Below, in pieces: positions 11,042 through 23,865 of a stretch of 64,000 nt of DNA. The notes beneath the pieces were generated by a model, which searched no databases, was not told the origin of the DNA, and worked only from the letters and a program-made list of their open reading frames with translations. Within the stretch, counting starts at the first letter, position 1. Each line of letters opens with the position of its first letter. Origin of the DNA: Spirogloea muscicola (lineage: Eukaryota); the NCBI GenBank assembly GCA_009602725.1, contig WELB01000003.1, positions 403,832 through 467,831 on the forward strand, given 5' to 3'. Position numbers and translations under genes: made by a program.

Positions 11042-12278
11042 TGTAATGTCCCCGCCGTTACGGGACGCTTAACTTCGAGTTAAGCGCCGCGCGAGGTGTC
11101 GCGCGGTGTGACGCGCCTGCTGACGATGTGACGTGCGGGCGCGCCGCCTCCAGCCGAGGCGGATGCTGTTGTCAGCAGCTTCGGCGGTCTGGAATCACGT
11201 GAAAGTTGCACAGTGACCAGGAGTCAGGAGCTTATGAATCGTCTTGAAAGGCCGGCATAACTTCATGCACTAGCTGAAAGGCATGTAGATTTTAAAATGG
11301 GCGAACAGGACCAGACTGAGAACACACAATGGTCTGGTACACGACATGCCACAAAGTATAAAATTTTTAATGCAGCGGCCAATCAGTTACCTGGTTCGTT
11401 CGGTCCCTGCGATTATCAGCTGGCCTTGTGTAACAGAAGTAGCCGACCAGCCAAAGGACGATGGCAAGTACAAAGACGGCTCCACAAAGTGCGAGCCCCA
11501 CAATGAGGCCTGTAGACAGGGTGCCCGAATCCTTGTGGCACGGATTGTTGCTTGTCGCATTGGCACTTCGAGGGCGGAGCTTCTCGGCATATTCCTGATT
11601 CTTCCGTCGTGCCCGCAATGACGTGTATGGGACACGTGTCGCGCGCCTGTGACGCGGCGCAACACCGCTGACTCACTGGCGGCGCCGCAAGCCGGCGCCG
11701 CAAGGCGCCGCTGCGAGGCGGCGCCGCAGGGCGCCGCTCGGCGGCGCCGCAGGACGGCCGCCGCCTCCAGAAGGGAGCCGCGTGGTCTGCCCTCGCACTA
11801 GATTCCCGTATCGGGCCCGCCTTCCGAAGGTGGGCCCTGAGACGAACCTCTCAGAGACCCCTGGGGAGGGTGGCACATGAAGCACTATAAGTAGGGCTGA
11901 GAGCGGGCTCAGAGGGGACTCGGTCAACCTCAGTGAAGCCCGCGAGAGAGAGGCGCAGCCCTGCTGCCGCCTGCTGCCGCAGCCCGCCGACGCAGCTCCG
12001 CTGCTGCCCGCTGCTGCAGCCCGTCGCCGCACTCAGTCGTCGCGGATCTTCGACGGCTCTCTGTGAGTAAGACTGTGGCTGCTGCCTTGGGGACAGTCGC
12101 TGGCCCGTACCTGAGAGGTGAGTCGCTGCCTGTCGGCAGCGCCTCAGGGCGAGACTTCCGCTGCGTATCACACGTGGTGCTTTCACTGTGCTGGGGGTTT
12201 GTCTCTAAACCCCAGCGACCGAAACCAAAAAGGACGTACTGACCCCTGACTGTGCTGTTAAGGGTCAGGGCCGTTACA
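11042..12278 (+). mobile_element. Solo LTR type B with internal ~460-bp foreign insert
   Basis: TG..CA ends, TSD GAAGG on both sides; flanks rejoin into a chromodomain remnant. Confidence 0.88.
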
Positions 12279-12283
12279 GAAGG

Positions 12284-13648
12284 ACTATCGGCAAAATTGA
12301 CCGCAGATTCCCATGTGTTGTGCTCAGGCCCATAGCCGAACCAGTTGATGAGGTAGTTACGGGGCTCACGACGCCCACGGAGATTATCCCGGTGTGACAA
12401 GATCTCCTCCAGTGGAAACTCTTCCTCACTGTCAATAACGAGGGAAAGTGGGGGCGGTTGGACGGCCATCGGTATGGTGTCGCCATTACGCAGAAGGAAT
12501 CACATCCAGTTCGTTGCAGGCCTTTAACCCCGCGTGCACCGCGACGTACATACTTGACAACGACCGCACAAAGCAATCCCAATTATTGTAGACCCCCGGG
12601 GTAGACGACTTCTTCACGCTTTCCCACCACTGGGCGGAATCGCCGGAAAGATAAGTTGCTGCAAGACCAAAGCGGTGTTGCGCGCCCGTGCCCCACTGCA
12701 CGAACCAAGCCAATATTTATGCCCACCAGGCATTGAGGCAGCCTCGGAAGGACTGTCCGCTGAAATTAGCCCGCATGGCGGGCTTGGCACGCCTCACCTG
12801 TGACTCACGGAGTTTGCCCTTGAGCTTCCGGATGCACTTCTCGCCCTTGGACATTCGGCCGGTGAGCGCTTTGAAGTTCCTCCACAAGGGCTCTTGTGAA
12901 GGAGGCAACTGCTAGGTCCCCACTCTGGACCGCGGCCTCATGAAGCCACAAGGCGCGCAGTGGGCCGCGCGTCGCGAGACAAGCCATCCGCACTCGGCGC
13001 ATCAAGCTCCGCCAAGTCGTCGGCGAGGTCCTCGACCTCGAGGGGTGGTACGGCCGGCGGAGAAGGGCTAGGGCAAGCGCTGAATCCGGCGACTCCATGC
13101 CTTTTATACACCACACTTTGACGGGTCAAGTCAGAGGCGGCAGACATATCGAGCATCCATACTGTCAAGATGATACTCAGAAGGACTGGTGCCCCAGACC
13201 AACAAGCAATCATGACAGCGCATGCATCATACCTCCAAATCACAAAGCTGTACGAGCAGCAAGAGGGAGGGACCAGGAATGCAATGCCAACCAGCCCTGG
13301 GCAGACGGTCAGGAGTTCGCCGCCCACCGGCGACCGAGTTCACTTCCGTGCCATACTGGTCGGCAATTCGCCGGATACAGGTGATTTACGCAGGCAAGTA
13401 CTGACCTGGCAATTGGGATTGTCGATGGGACAAAGAGCCGCTTGGCATCTTGAAGGCCCCGTACGTGGATGTCGAAGGCGAGCGGTCGGCACTCGTGCCG
13501 CTTCGCCGATGACAGCTCCACGTCCACTCTGGAAAAGTTTCACTTGAAAGAGAAAAAAAGTCCAGAATACAGAGGGATCCTTGCACTGTCAGCAGTAAAC
13601 CACAATCTTTTACGTGACTAGCTAGATGCGAGAACTCCTCTGATACGA
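12284..13648 (-). pseudogene. Deleted gypsy internal region: degraded PBS, leader and gag fragment joined to a chromodomain fragment
   Basis: LAATYLSGDSAQWW gag motif; [23 protein letters not shown]; leader homologous to 17980-18650. Confidence 0.75.
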
Positions 13649-13877
13649 ATTTAGCATCCCTGTCCCTACTCAAACAGTTAGAGTCAGACTGTCCTGGTTT
13701 GGATTCAAGCATAAGGTGTTTTGGAGACAACCCTCATACAAGAGAACGCCAACGCACACAGGCGCACAGAGCGCAGCGGAAGTCTTACCCTGAGGCACCG
13801 CCCTAGGGCGGTGACTCTACCAATAGACTTACAAAGAGCCGGCGGGGCCTGCAGCGACGAGCTGCGTCGACGGGCTG

Positions 13878-14737
13878 TGTAACGTTCCCCCCCTTAAGCG
13901 TGCCAATGGTGCCAGTAAAATTACATGATCGTATTGTATCTAGTGTTTGGGAGTCCTTACCGATACAAATAGATTTGCTGCACTCCGTGTAGGGCTGAGA
14001 CCCTGGGCAGGTGCAGCACGCGCCACGTGCGGCACGCATGGCACGCGCCCCGTGACACGCACTGCACGTGCCACGTGCGGCGCGTGCCACGCGCAGCACG
14101 CGCTACGCGACTTGCCTTTCCATTCGTCCGGCTCGTGCCACGCGCAGCACGCGCTACGCGACTCGCCTTTCCATACGTCTGGCTCGCGCCACGCGCAGCA
14201 CGCGCTACGCGACTCGCCTTCCCATTCGTCAGGCTCGTGCCACGAGCAGCACGCGCCACGCGGCACGCGCTACATGCGCCACCCGCGGCACGCGCCAGTC
14301 CCCTAGATCCGTGTTCCTGTATCCTATTCGTCAGGCCCGCTCCTCCGGGGAAGGACCTTGGGGGCTACCCTCGTCCCACCCTCTGGGGAGGGGCGGCAGG
14401 AGAAACGCTACAAGTAGTGGGCCGAGGCCAGACTCCGGAGTCCGACCAACGCGGGGAGAGACACAGCCGCCGCTGCCGCCACAGCTCTGCTGCTGCCGCC
14501 TCCTGCTGCTCAGCCTGTCGCCGCAGATAGTCGCTGCGGGCCCTGCCGGCTCTCTCTAAGTCTATTGTTATAGTCACCGCCCTTGGGCGGTGCCTCAGGG
14601 TAAGACTTCCGCTGCGCTCTGTGCCCGTAGGTGTGTTGGCGTTATCTTGTATGAGGGTTGTCTCCAGAGCACCCTATGCTCGAATCCAAACCAGGACATT
14701 CTGACCCTAACTGTGTGATAGGGACAGGGATATTATA
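13878..14737 (+). mobile_element. Solo LTR type C
   Basis: TGTAACG start, degraded end, TSD GGCTG (13873-13877 and 14738-14742). Confidence 0.85.
14085..14255. repeat. 51-bp tandem repeat, about 3 copies, within LTR C
   Basis: GTGCCACGCGCAGCACGCGCTACGCGACT..TTCGTC.GGCTC repeated. Confidence 0.85.
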
Positions 14738-15111
14738 GGCTGGGCAGCAGGAAGCAGCAGCAGAGCTGTGGCGGCGGCGGCGGCAGCAGGCAGCAGCGGA
14801 GCTGGCTAGGCAGCAGCAGGTCTGTGTCTCTCTCGGCGTTAGTCGGACTCCGGAGCCCGGCCAAGGCCCACTACTTACAGCGTTTCCCTGCCACCCCTCC
14901 CCCGAGGGTGTGACGAGGGTCGCCCCCAAGGCCCTTCCCCGGTAACCGGACAAAAGGGACACGAAGAGCGGCGCCTTGGGCGGCTGCAAGGAGGCGCGAA
15001 GCGGCGCCTTGGGCAGCTCCAAGGAGACGCGGAGCGGCGCACGACGCGATGCATTTGGACGGCGCGATGGGGCGCCTTGGCAGAACCAACAAGGTACGAT
15101 GGGGTGCCCTG

Positions 15112-15771
15112 TGTAACGTCCCCCCGTTTGAACGAGCCCAACGGTCCCGGTACATGGCTTCATGCGCGCTTCACGCGCGCTTCACGCACATCACGCGCCA
15201 GTCACGCGCGCCACGCGCCAGTCACGCGGGGCACCCGCTAGTCCCCTGGACTTGTATCCCATTCGTCAGGCGCCAGTCGTATCCCCATGGTGCGGGTCCG
15301 CCCCTCCGGGGGCCGGACCTTGGGGCTACCATCGTCACACCCTCCGGGGAGGGTGGGCGGATGGAACGCTATAAGTAGTAGGCCGAGGCCAGACTCTTGA
15401 GTCGGACCAGTGACGCCCAGAGAGAGGCATAGCCCTGCTTGCCTGCTGCCGCAGCCACCGCCTGCTGCTGCTGCTGCTGACTGCTGCCAGCCCGTCGCCG
15501 CAGCCTGTTGCTGCGGACATCGCCGGCTCTCCGTAAGTGCCACGTTTGCGCCCCATCTGGGGCCAGCTTCTAATTCCAGACCTTCTGTAGAGCCGCCGCC
15601 TTCTGGCGGCGCCTCAAGGTAAGACTTCCGCTGTGCAACGTGATGCACTTGAGTGCACCGTGTGCGTTGGCGTTGCACTATGTGGGTGGGGGTAGTTCCT
15701 AGAATCCCTAGGTCTGAACTCAATAAGGACGTACTAAACCTAACTGCGTGTATAGGGATCAGGACGTCACA
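15112..15771 (+). mobile_element. Solo LTR type E
   Basis: TGTAACGTCC..GGACGTCACA; TSD CCCTG/CCTTG; homologous to 18656-19392. Confidence 0.85.
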
Positions 15772-18655
15772 CCTTGTGCGGCGTCTAGGAGGCGCGACGT
15801 GGCGCCTCGGGCAGCACGACGCCGCCTCGGGCGGCACGACGCGGCGACTCGGGCGCCAAGGGGGCCGCGAAGCGGCGCCTCTTGGCCGCATCAAGGAAGA
15901 GCGACCGCGGCGCTTTAGACAAGCAGGGTCACCCCGTGAAGGTAGCCTGCTTTGTCCTGCAAAGCGCAACTTCGCTACGGGGGAAGAAAAGCTCCTTGCT
16001 GTTGTGCTCGCCATACGTGTGTGGCGATGCAATCTCGTGGGTGTTGAATATACGGTTGTACCGGGTCATTGCCCGTTGACCTACTTTCACAGACTACAGC
16101 AATTGAGCAGGCGTCAAGCACGGTGAGCTAAGTGCATGGCCACATTCCGTTTCGAGTGGGTGTACCGTCCCGGAAGTATGAATGATGCGGACTTGGTGAC
16201 CCGCAACATCGCAGGGCTGTAGTGACGGCTGTCTTGTACCTTTAAGGGTTCACACCGCAGGCGTGCGGCCTACCCGTGGAGCTGCTTTGCAGTCCACCGC
16301 CAACCGCTGTGAGCTGTATATGCGCGTTCATGATGAATTTGGCACAGACACAGTGTTTGCAAGTGAAACCAATACACGCACAATAGCAAAAGACCAAGGC
16401 TTCTGGTGGCGAGGTAACGCCATTGTAGTCCCCGACTGCAATGCCTTGCGCAGCAGTATCTTACAAGAGCTGCATGAGCCTCCGTATAGTGGTCATTTGT
16501 GTATGGGAAAGACAAAGGAAGCTTCTTCAGCAGTAGCCGGACTTGAAAGTCCAAGTGGAGTCTTCTGTGAAAACTTGTGCCACCTGCCAGCGCAGTAAGG
16601 CACGGTCTCATAAGCCTGCCGGATGGCTCCAACGGTTGGAGATTCCTCGGAGAGACTGGTCTGATGTACGTGTGGACTTCATCACCCAATTGCCGATGAC
16701 GCGGAACGTCTATGACGCCATTGTCGTATTTATGGATCGTATGATAAAAATAGCTCATTTGTGCCCACGACCACAGACGTGTCAGCCAAGGAATCTGCTG
16801 ATAGATTCGTGAATTGAGTATGGAAACTGCACGGAATCTCCGAACGAATCGTGTCTGACCGCGACCCTCGCTTTACGGGGCACTTCTGGAAAGTTTGTGC
16901 AGGCTTGTTGGCACCAAGCAGTCCATACCCAAGGCTTTCCACGCCCAGACCGATGGTCAGACAGAGAAGATGAATCGGGTTTTGGAGGATACATCAAGGC
17001 AGTTTGTAAATCCAAGCCAAAGTGACTGGGATGAGTACCTTGCTCCAGCGAAGTACGCTGTGAACAATGCCTTCCATGAGTTCTGTAACGTCCCCACCCG
17101 CTACGTGCCGTTCAACCTTGGGTTAAACGCTAACGCGTAGTAATGGCGTGCGGCCCCAGTATCGTTGGCAGGCGACACGTGGGCGACGCGAAACCGTGAC
17201 GCGCGGCGCGCCGCGGCTCGCCGGTGCTGCCGTCGCATGGCCGCCGGGCCGCCGGCAGCATGGCCGCTGCGCCGCCGGAGCGGCCGCCGTACCACCACCG
17301 TATCGCCGCCGCACCACTGGTGCGGCCGGCACATGGCCGCCGCACCGTCGGCTACCCGCTGGTGCCGCCGGACTCGTAGTGACATGCTTGTAACGCGTGT
17401 GGCGCTATGACGCGCCTGGCGGCGCCGCGCCATGCAGGGCGGCGCCGCGCAGGGCGGCACCACGCCATGCATGGCGGCGCCGCCGCCCTCACGATCGCAT
17501 CCCCCTTGTCGGGCCCGCCTTCTCGAAGGTAGGCCTGGAGGCGAGCCTCCCAGAGACCCCTGGGGAGGGTCGCACACGAAGCACCATAAGTAGGGCTGAG
17601 ACCAGCCTCAGGGCACCCTGTCCAAGTCAGCGAAGCCCACGCGAGAGAGAGGCGAACAGCCCTGCTGCCGCCTGCTGCCGCAGCTCGTCCAGGCAGGCCT
17701 GCTGCTGCCTGCTGCTGCAGCCCGACGCCGCAACCCGTCGCTGCGGAACTTCATCGGCTCTCTTGTAAGTAGATTGTGGCTGCTCCCTTTGGGGACAGTT
17801 GCTGGCCCATACCGAGAGGTGAGTCGCCGCCTGTCGGCGGCGCCTCAGGGCAAGGTATTTCGCTGCGTGTAGACGTGGTGCTTCACCGTGCTGGGGGTCT
17901 CGTCTCAAAACCCAAGCGACCGAATCGATAAGGACGTCCTAACCCCTAACTGTGTGTATAGGGCTAAAAACGTCACATTTGGTATCAGAGGAGTCCTTGC
18001 ATCTTGCTAGCCTCGTTTTCTGTGCTGATACGGCTGACAATGCAAGTATCCTTCTGATGATCTGAACTGACTAGTCTCTTGTGACTTAAGACCCTTGCCA
18101 GAGCGTACCCGTGGATCTGCATCAGCGCGCTGATTGGAGCTGTGATCCACTCGCCTGCTGCATCCACTCATCCGGGGTCGGCCAAAGTTCAAGTGGTCCT
18201 CCACCCCGGCGGCCAATCGCAAGTGCCAGGTCAGTACTTCGCCTGCGTAACCACCTGCGGTCGGCGGATTGCTTCTCTTGACGTGGAGGTGGAAACGACC
18301 GCCGACGGGCGGCAACGTCTGGCTATGCGCCAGAAACTGGTCCGTACTCCAGCCCTTACCCCTCGCTCACCTGCTCGTGCTTCTTTGCATTTTGGGGGTA
18401 AGACTTGCGCGCTATCATGATGCTTTGCTTGCCTGGGCGCCCCAGCTTGCTCAGCAACACTGTGGTATTATAGTCTCAGCAGCGTGTCTTATGCCAAGCA
18501 CAGACTTGATCCCTTACGTGTGATGGTGTAAAGGCATGGATTCTGCAGACTCGAGTGCGCAGCCTCGTCCTCCTCCGCCGGCAGTACCACCGGCTGTGGT
18601 CGAGAAGATGGTGATTGAGATGGCAAAGCGCCAAGCGCCTGGCTCGGACGGCCCG

Positions 18656-19392
18656 TGTAACGTCCCCCCGTTTGTACAGCCAAACGGTCCGGGTAAACGG
18701 CTTCACGCGCGCTTCCGCGCGTCACGCGCCAGTCACGCGCGCCACGCGCCAGTCACGCGCGGCACGCGCTAGTCTCCTGGACTTGTATCCTATTCGTCAG
18801 GCTCGCGCCACGCGCAGCCCGCAGTACACGCGGCACGCCCCCCGTATCCTCATTGTGCGGGTCCGCTCTTCCAGGGGCCGGTCCTTGGGGGCTACCCGCG
18901 ATAGTCGTAATACCATCGTGCGGGTCCGCCCCTACGGCCGGACCTTGGGTCTACCCTCGTCACACCCTCCCTGGAGGGGTGGCAGGTGGAACGCTACGGT
19001 AGGAGGCCGAGGCCAGACTCTTCAGTCTGACCAGTGACGCCCAGGGAGTGGCATAGCCCTGCTTGCCTGCTGTCGCAGCCGCCGCCCCAGCTCTGCTGCT
19101 GCCGACTGCTGCCCCACCCGTCGCCGCAGCCTGTCGCTGCGGACATCGTCGGCTCTCCGTAAGTGCCACGGTTGCGCCCCATCTTGGGCCAGCTACAAAT
19201 CGCAGACCCTCTGTAGATTCGCCGCCTTCTGGCGCGCCTCAGGGTAGGACTTCCGCTGTGCTATGTAATGCACTTGAGTGCACCTTGTGCGTTGAGGCTC
19301 TACTATGTAGGGGGGTAATTACCAAACCCCCTAGGTCCGAACTCAATAAGGAAATAACCCCTAACTGCGTGTTTAGGGATCAGGACGTCACA
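18656..19392 (+). mobile_element. Solo LTR type E
   Basis: TG..CA ends with perfect TSD GCCCG. Confidence 0.9.
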
Positions 19393-22290
19393 GCCCGACA
19401 TTCGCCGAGGCGCGGCTCCTTGAGCGCGCCTCCGTGAGCAAGTAGAGGCTGCAATCCCAAGTGTGGATTTGCTGGTGAACCCTGTGTTGGGGTTGTTTTG
19501 CGAAAAGGTGCAGTGCGAACACTGATTGCCGTATGTGCGCGGGTGAGCAGCGAATTCGCCGCCTCAAGGTGAAAGTAAGCCACGGCGCACGGCTGGGCCT
19601 GTCCAACCGTGCCAGCCTGTCAAGTATGATGGGCAGAGCAGCCTCGACGCCTAGCTCCGTGAGTTTGAACGTGTGATTCGTGCTGTGTGAAGCACCTGTA
19701 CCATCCCGTGTAGGACTCGCCACATCGTACCTCACGGCGGATCCCGCAATTGTTTTGGAATCCACGAAGTCGTCCTACCACCCCAGTGTTTGATCACTTG
19801 GGATCTCTTCACCCGCTCACTCACTATCCAGTAAGGAAAGGTGCGTGCAAAACTCAATGCCCGCAATATAATATCGACGTCATTCGCATAGTGGCCAATG
19901 AAATCGACGGGTACGTACGGCAGGTTTATTTCTTGTTGATGAAATGCGGTACGATGGTCGCCAAACATAAAGTGTAACGTTTAAACGCGGGTTTTCCGCG
20001 GTGCGTGACAGTGTTGTCCTAGTTGGGCAAAATCACGTGTGAAGCTGTCATCCCCTGGATGTATGTACAAAACTGTGTCATGATCTGGCAACGGCTTTGA
20101 TGTGGGTGACAAGTGGCGTGTGTGCCACTGCGTCCTTCCTTGGCACTTGACGACATGTTTGGTCTTGTCTATGTGGTGATCGTCGCTTGTGTTTCACGGA
20201 GACGCTCCCTATGTGACAGCTATCGGCTGTGCTGCTGGTCAGCACGGGCTAGCCGGGACACATCAGTCTTGTGCAACTTGGGCTATAGTGTGGTATAGCC
20301 CAACCCAGCTGGCCTAACTATGCCCGTGAGATTGTGGACTTTGTCGTGAGGTCCGTGATGCCTCGGCATGGGTGAACCCTGTCGTAGTACTCACCTTGTC
20401 GTATCTCTGGTGTTGGCGGCTGGTGCGCCCTCACCCTGTTTTGTGCATTGGCACACTCCAGACGTACTGGAAGTATTATGGTGCTTTTGGACCGTAGTGC
20501 GATGAGGAACGTGGCTGGCCGCCATGCTCTTTGACCTAGAGGCGTGTGTGGCCCTGGTCAGTAGCACTTCGGTGTCATCTTCTTTCAGTGCAAGTCCATG
20601 GCTCTCCATAGCTGATGATGGTGTTATCACGGCTACGGGCCAAGTGGGTGTGCTGAGGCAGGGTTGGCGAATGTTGTCAATGCCCCCTGCAGCAGCCGCT
20701 GCCTGAAACTCTCTTCGCTTCTATACTCTCTGCGGTGCCTACGTATCAAGCCACGCGAATCGGGTATGGACGAGACCAGGTGTGGCTCTGTGTCCTGCTC
20801 GAGTGGTCTGTCTGTAAGCCCGCATGCTGAGTAGTGAAGATTGCGCCATTGGCCCAGCTATGTGCCTGAGTATCTCTGTACACTTGTGTAAGCTGCCGGC
20901 ATGTAATGCCTTCAGCTGGCTAGTGCATTTGGTTTACTCTGAGCGAGTGCTAGTCTCCGCCTTTGATGTCAAAGAGTTGAATTGTATTGGATTACTTTGG
21001 AACAGCATCCTATCACTCTGAGCCGAAAAGCTGAACTTTGGAATACGTAATCTCTCATGGCTCCAGTTTTGGCTGTGTATCTCTTTGTGATGATGCGCAC
21101 AGAGTCTCCCCCTGACGCTGCTGTGAGTGTTGTATTCTCACATGGTGTTGCTCTTGTCGTGCGGTGCACCCATCCTCTTCATTGTGAAGAAGGCTGGAGT
21201 TTACGGATGTGCATCGAGTAAAAGCTCGAAACAAGCTCACTGTCAAGATGTCTAACCTTTTGCTTAGCATTGATGATCTGTGAGGTCGTCTTGCGGGAGA
21301 GCTCATGTGTCCAGCTCCCCCGCTTTGCAAAGTGGTGATGCCCATTTCGTCTCACACCTAAGAAAGTCCCGTAGATGGCTTGTGGTAGGTCGCTCTGCTA
21401 CTTCGGATGCAAGATGCTCATTTGGTTTCACCAAAAGCACTTGCCACGTGTCAGGTTGTGATGATGAAAGCTTTGTCCCCTACTGTGTGACTCTGTGCTG
21501 GTTGTTGAACGGCAAAATGGCGTTCTGTAAATAACCTGAGGTTTACGTACTGACCTGCAGCATGTCCTGCAATTGCTGCGTGCAAAAAACCGTATGCCAA
21601 AGATATGTATGACCAGCCGGAACATTCAAAGGGCATCTTGTGCACAAAGACGGGGTTTGCGTCAACCCCATCAAGTAGTAATGGATTGTAGTAGTCAATG
21701 TGCCACGGAATGTGCCAAAATTGCGTTCCTTTCTGGGATTCGCAAACTACTTCCGTAAGTTCTCGGAGGATACGGAAGTATGGCATCTCCTCTTACGAGC
21801 TCACTCGTAGGACGTAAGCTGGGTGTGGACTTCCAAATGCCAGAGGGCATTTGAGGCTATGAAAACGGGTCCTGGTGCATCCACCCGTTTTGGCCTTGCC
21901 TCGAGAAGGCGTGCCATTTGAAGTTGTACGCCTCTTTGATCTGCACTGTTGCCGTTCTCTTGCAGGAGGGTCACCCCGTAGCAGCTAAAGGTAGCCTGCT
22001 TTGTCCTGCAGAGCGTAACTTCGCTACGGGAGAGCAAGAGTTCCTTGCTGTTGTGCACGCCATCCGCGTGTGGCGATGCATATTCGTGGGTGTTGAACTA
22101 ACGGTTGTATCGGGTCATTGCCCGTTGATCTATTTTTAAACACGACAGCAATGGAGCAGGCGTCAAGCACGGTCAGCTAAGTACATGAGCACAATTCCGT
22201 TTCCAGTGATTGTACCGCTCTGGAAGTACATGTTGCGGAATTGGTGAGCCGCAACATTGCAGGGGTTTAGGGCTGTTGTGGCGGCCCCAC

Positions 22291-22343
22291 ACCCTAAACC
22301 CCTAAACGCTAAACCCTTAAACCCTAAACCCTAAACCCTAACC
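22291..22343. repeat. Interstitial plant-type telomeric repeat (CCCTAAA)n, about 7 imperfect units
   Basis: ACCCTAAACCCCTAAACGCTAAACCCTTAAACCCTAAACCCTAAACCCTAACC. Confidence 0.9.
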
Positions 22344-22548
22344 TGTCTTGCACAAGCTTCAAGGGTTCAGACCGCAGACGTGCAGCCTACTCGTGGAGCT
22401 ACTCGGCAGTCCACCGCCAACCTCTCTGAGCTGTATGTGCGTATTCGCGATGGGTATGGCACAAACTGAATGGTTCGCAAGTGAAACCAATACACACACG
22501 CACACTAGTAAATGACCAAGGCTCTTGGTAGCGAGGTGACGCCATTGT

Positions 22549-23081
22549 TGTAAGGAACCTCGCCCTACACACGCATTTAGGGTGAGCAGTCCTTGAGTTC
22601 GGCTGTAGGGGGTTTGGGGCCAACCCACTACACAGGCAAAGCACTAGCGCATAGGCGCAGCGGAGACAGGCCCCGTGGCGCCGCCGTCCGGCGGCAACTT
22701 CACCTCCTGGGCGCTGGCCGGCGCAGCAGGCCCCGCAGCAAGGTGCGGCGGCGGCTGCGGCGGCGAGCAGCGGCCAGGCTGCTCCTGGGCTTCACCGGCT
22801 CGAACTCCCTTGAGCCTCAGCCCCAAGGCTCTTCGTGCTTCCCCGTGCCACCCCCCCCCCAGGGGTGTGAGCCCCAAGGCCTGCCCTCGCGGCGGGCCCA
22901 AGGTCCTCCCTTGAACGGGCGGATCCTAGCGAGGGGTATTTCTGGACGGGCGGGGCCCGCCTCTGGGCGGGCCACTTGCCCGGCAAGCCAGCCCGCACCT
23001 GGCGGGCCCACTTGTCCCAAATAGCCTGTCATGTAATGCCAACAGAGCCATGTGGCTTAACCAAACGGCTGGTTCATTACA
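22549..23081 (-). mobile_element. Solo LTR type A
   Basis: Homologous to 10262-10804; perfect TSD ATTGT. Confidence 0.92.
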
Positions 23082-23580
23082 ATTGTAGTCCCTGACAGCA
23101 ATGCCTTGCGCAGCAGTATCTTGCACGAATTGCATGAGCCTCCGTATAGTGGTCATTTGGGAAAAATGACGAAAGCTGTCCAGCTTCTCTTTGGTGGCCG
23201 GACTTGAAAGTCCAAAAAAAGTCTTTTGTGAAGACTTGTGCCACCTGCCAGCGCAGTAAGGCACGCTCTCATAAGCCTGCCGGGTCGCCCCAACCGTTGG
23301 AGATTCCTCTAAGGAACTGGTCTGATTTAAGTGTGGAAAATTCTCACCCAGTTGCCAATGACGCGGAACGGCCATGATGCCATTGTAGTACTTGTGGATC
23401 GTCTGAGTAAAATGGCGCATCTAGTGCCTACGACCGCAGAGGTGTCAGCCAAGGAATTTGCTGGTATATTCCTGGACCGAGTATGGAGGCTGCACGGAGT
23501 CCCCGAGAGGATCGTGTCTGACCGCGAACCCCGCTTTACGGGGCACTTCTGAAAAGAAGTGTGCAGGCTGATTGGCATCT

Positions 23581-23865
23581 AATTACCTAGCAAGGGATTA
23601 GTGGATCCTTGAAATGTCAAGAAGACTCACAAGGTTTTAATTGTAAAGAATGTATGAGAACTGGAGGTCAAAATACTGCATAAAAAGAATCATCTCTTCA
23701 AATTTTTTCTATGAATAGCACATAGCAATGCAGCACCAAGTACTCCAGCAACTAAAGAATTGTATCGATTTTTAGCTTGCACAAAGCCATTGGTCAACTG
23801 ACATTGCGCACCATCATTTAACTGGTCTTTCAGCAGAAGAAAGAAGAACATCAAAAGCATACGAA
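23581..23865. other. AT-rich nuclear plastid DNA (NUPT) mosaic of psbD and psaB fragments
   Basis: 23711-23752(-) VAGVLGAALLCAIH (PsbD); 23782-23820(+) QSHWSTDIAHHHL (PsaB QSLWLTDIAHHHL); 23823-23861(-) YAFDVLLSSAERP (PsaB YGFDVLLSS). Confidence 0.85.

Larger units (their letters stand above)
13650..15910 (-). mobile_element. Type C-like LTR interrupted by two solo LTRs
   Basis: 13650-13877 is the reverse complement of ~14500-14737; continues at 14743-15111 and 15772-15910. Confidence 0.65.

Noticed and set aside
12110..12170. Hammerhead ribozyme in the LTR hairpin
   Set aside because: No CUGANGA/GAAA core in the right arrangement.
14085..14255. CRISPR-like appearance of the 51-bp repeats
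   Set aside because: Pure tandem repeats without unique spacers, no cas genes, eukaryotic LTR context.
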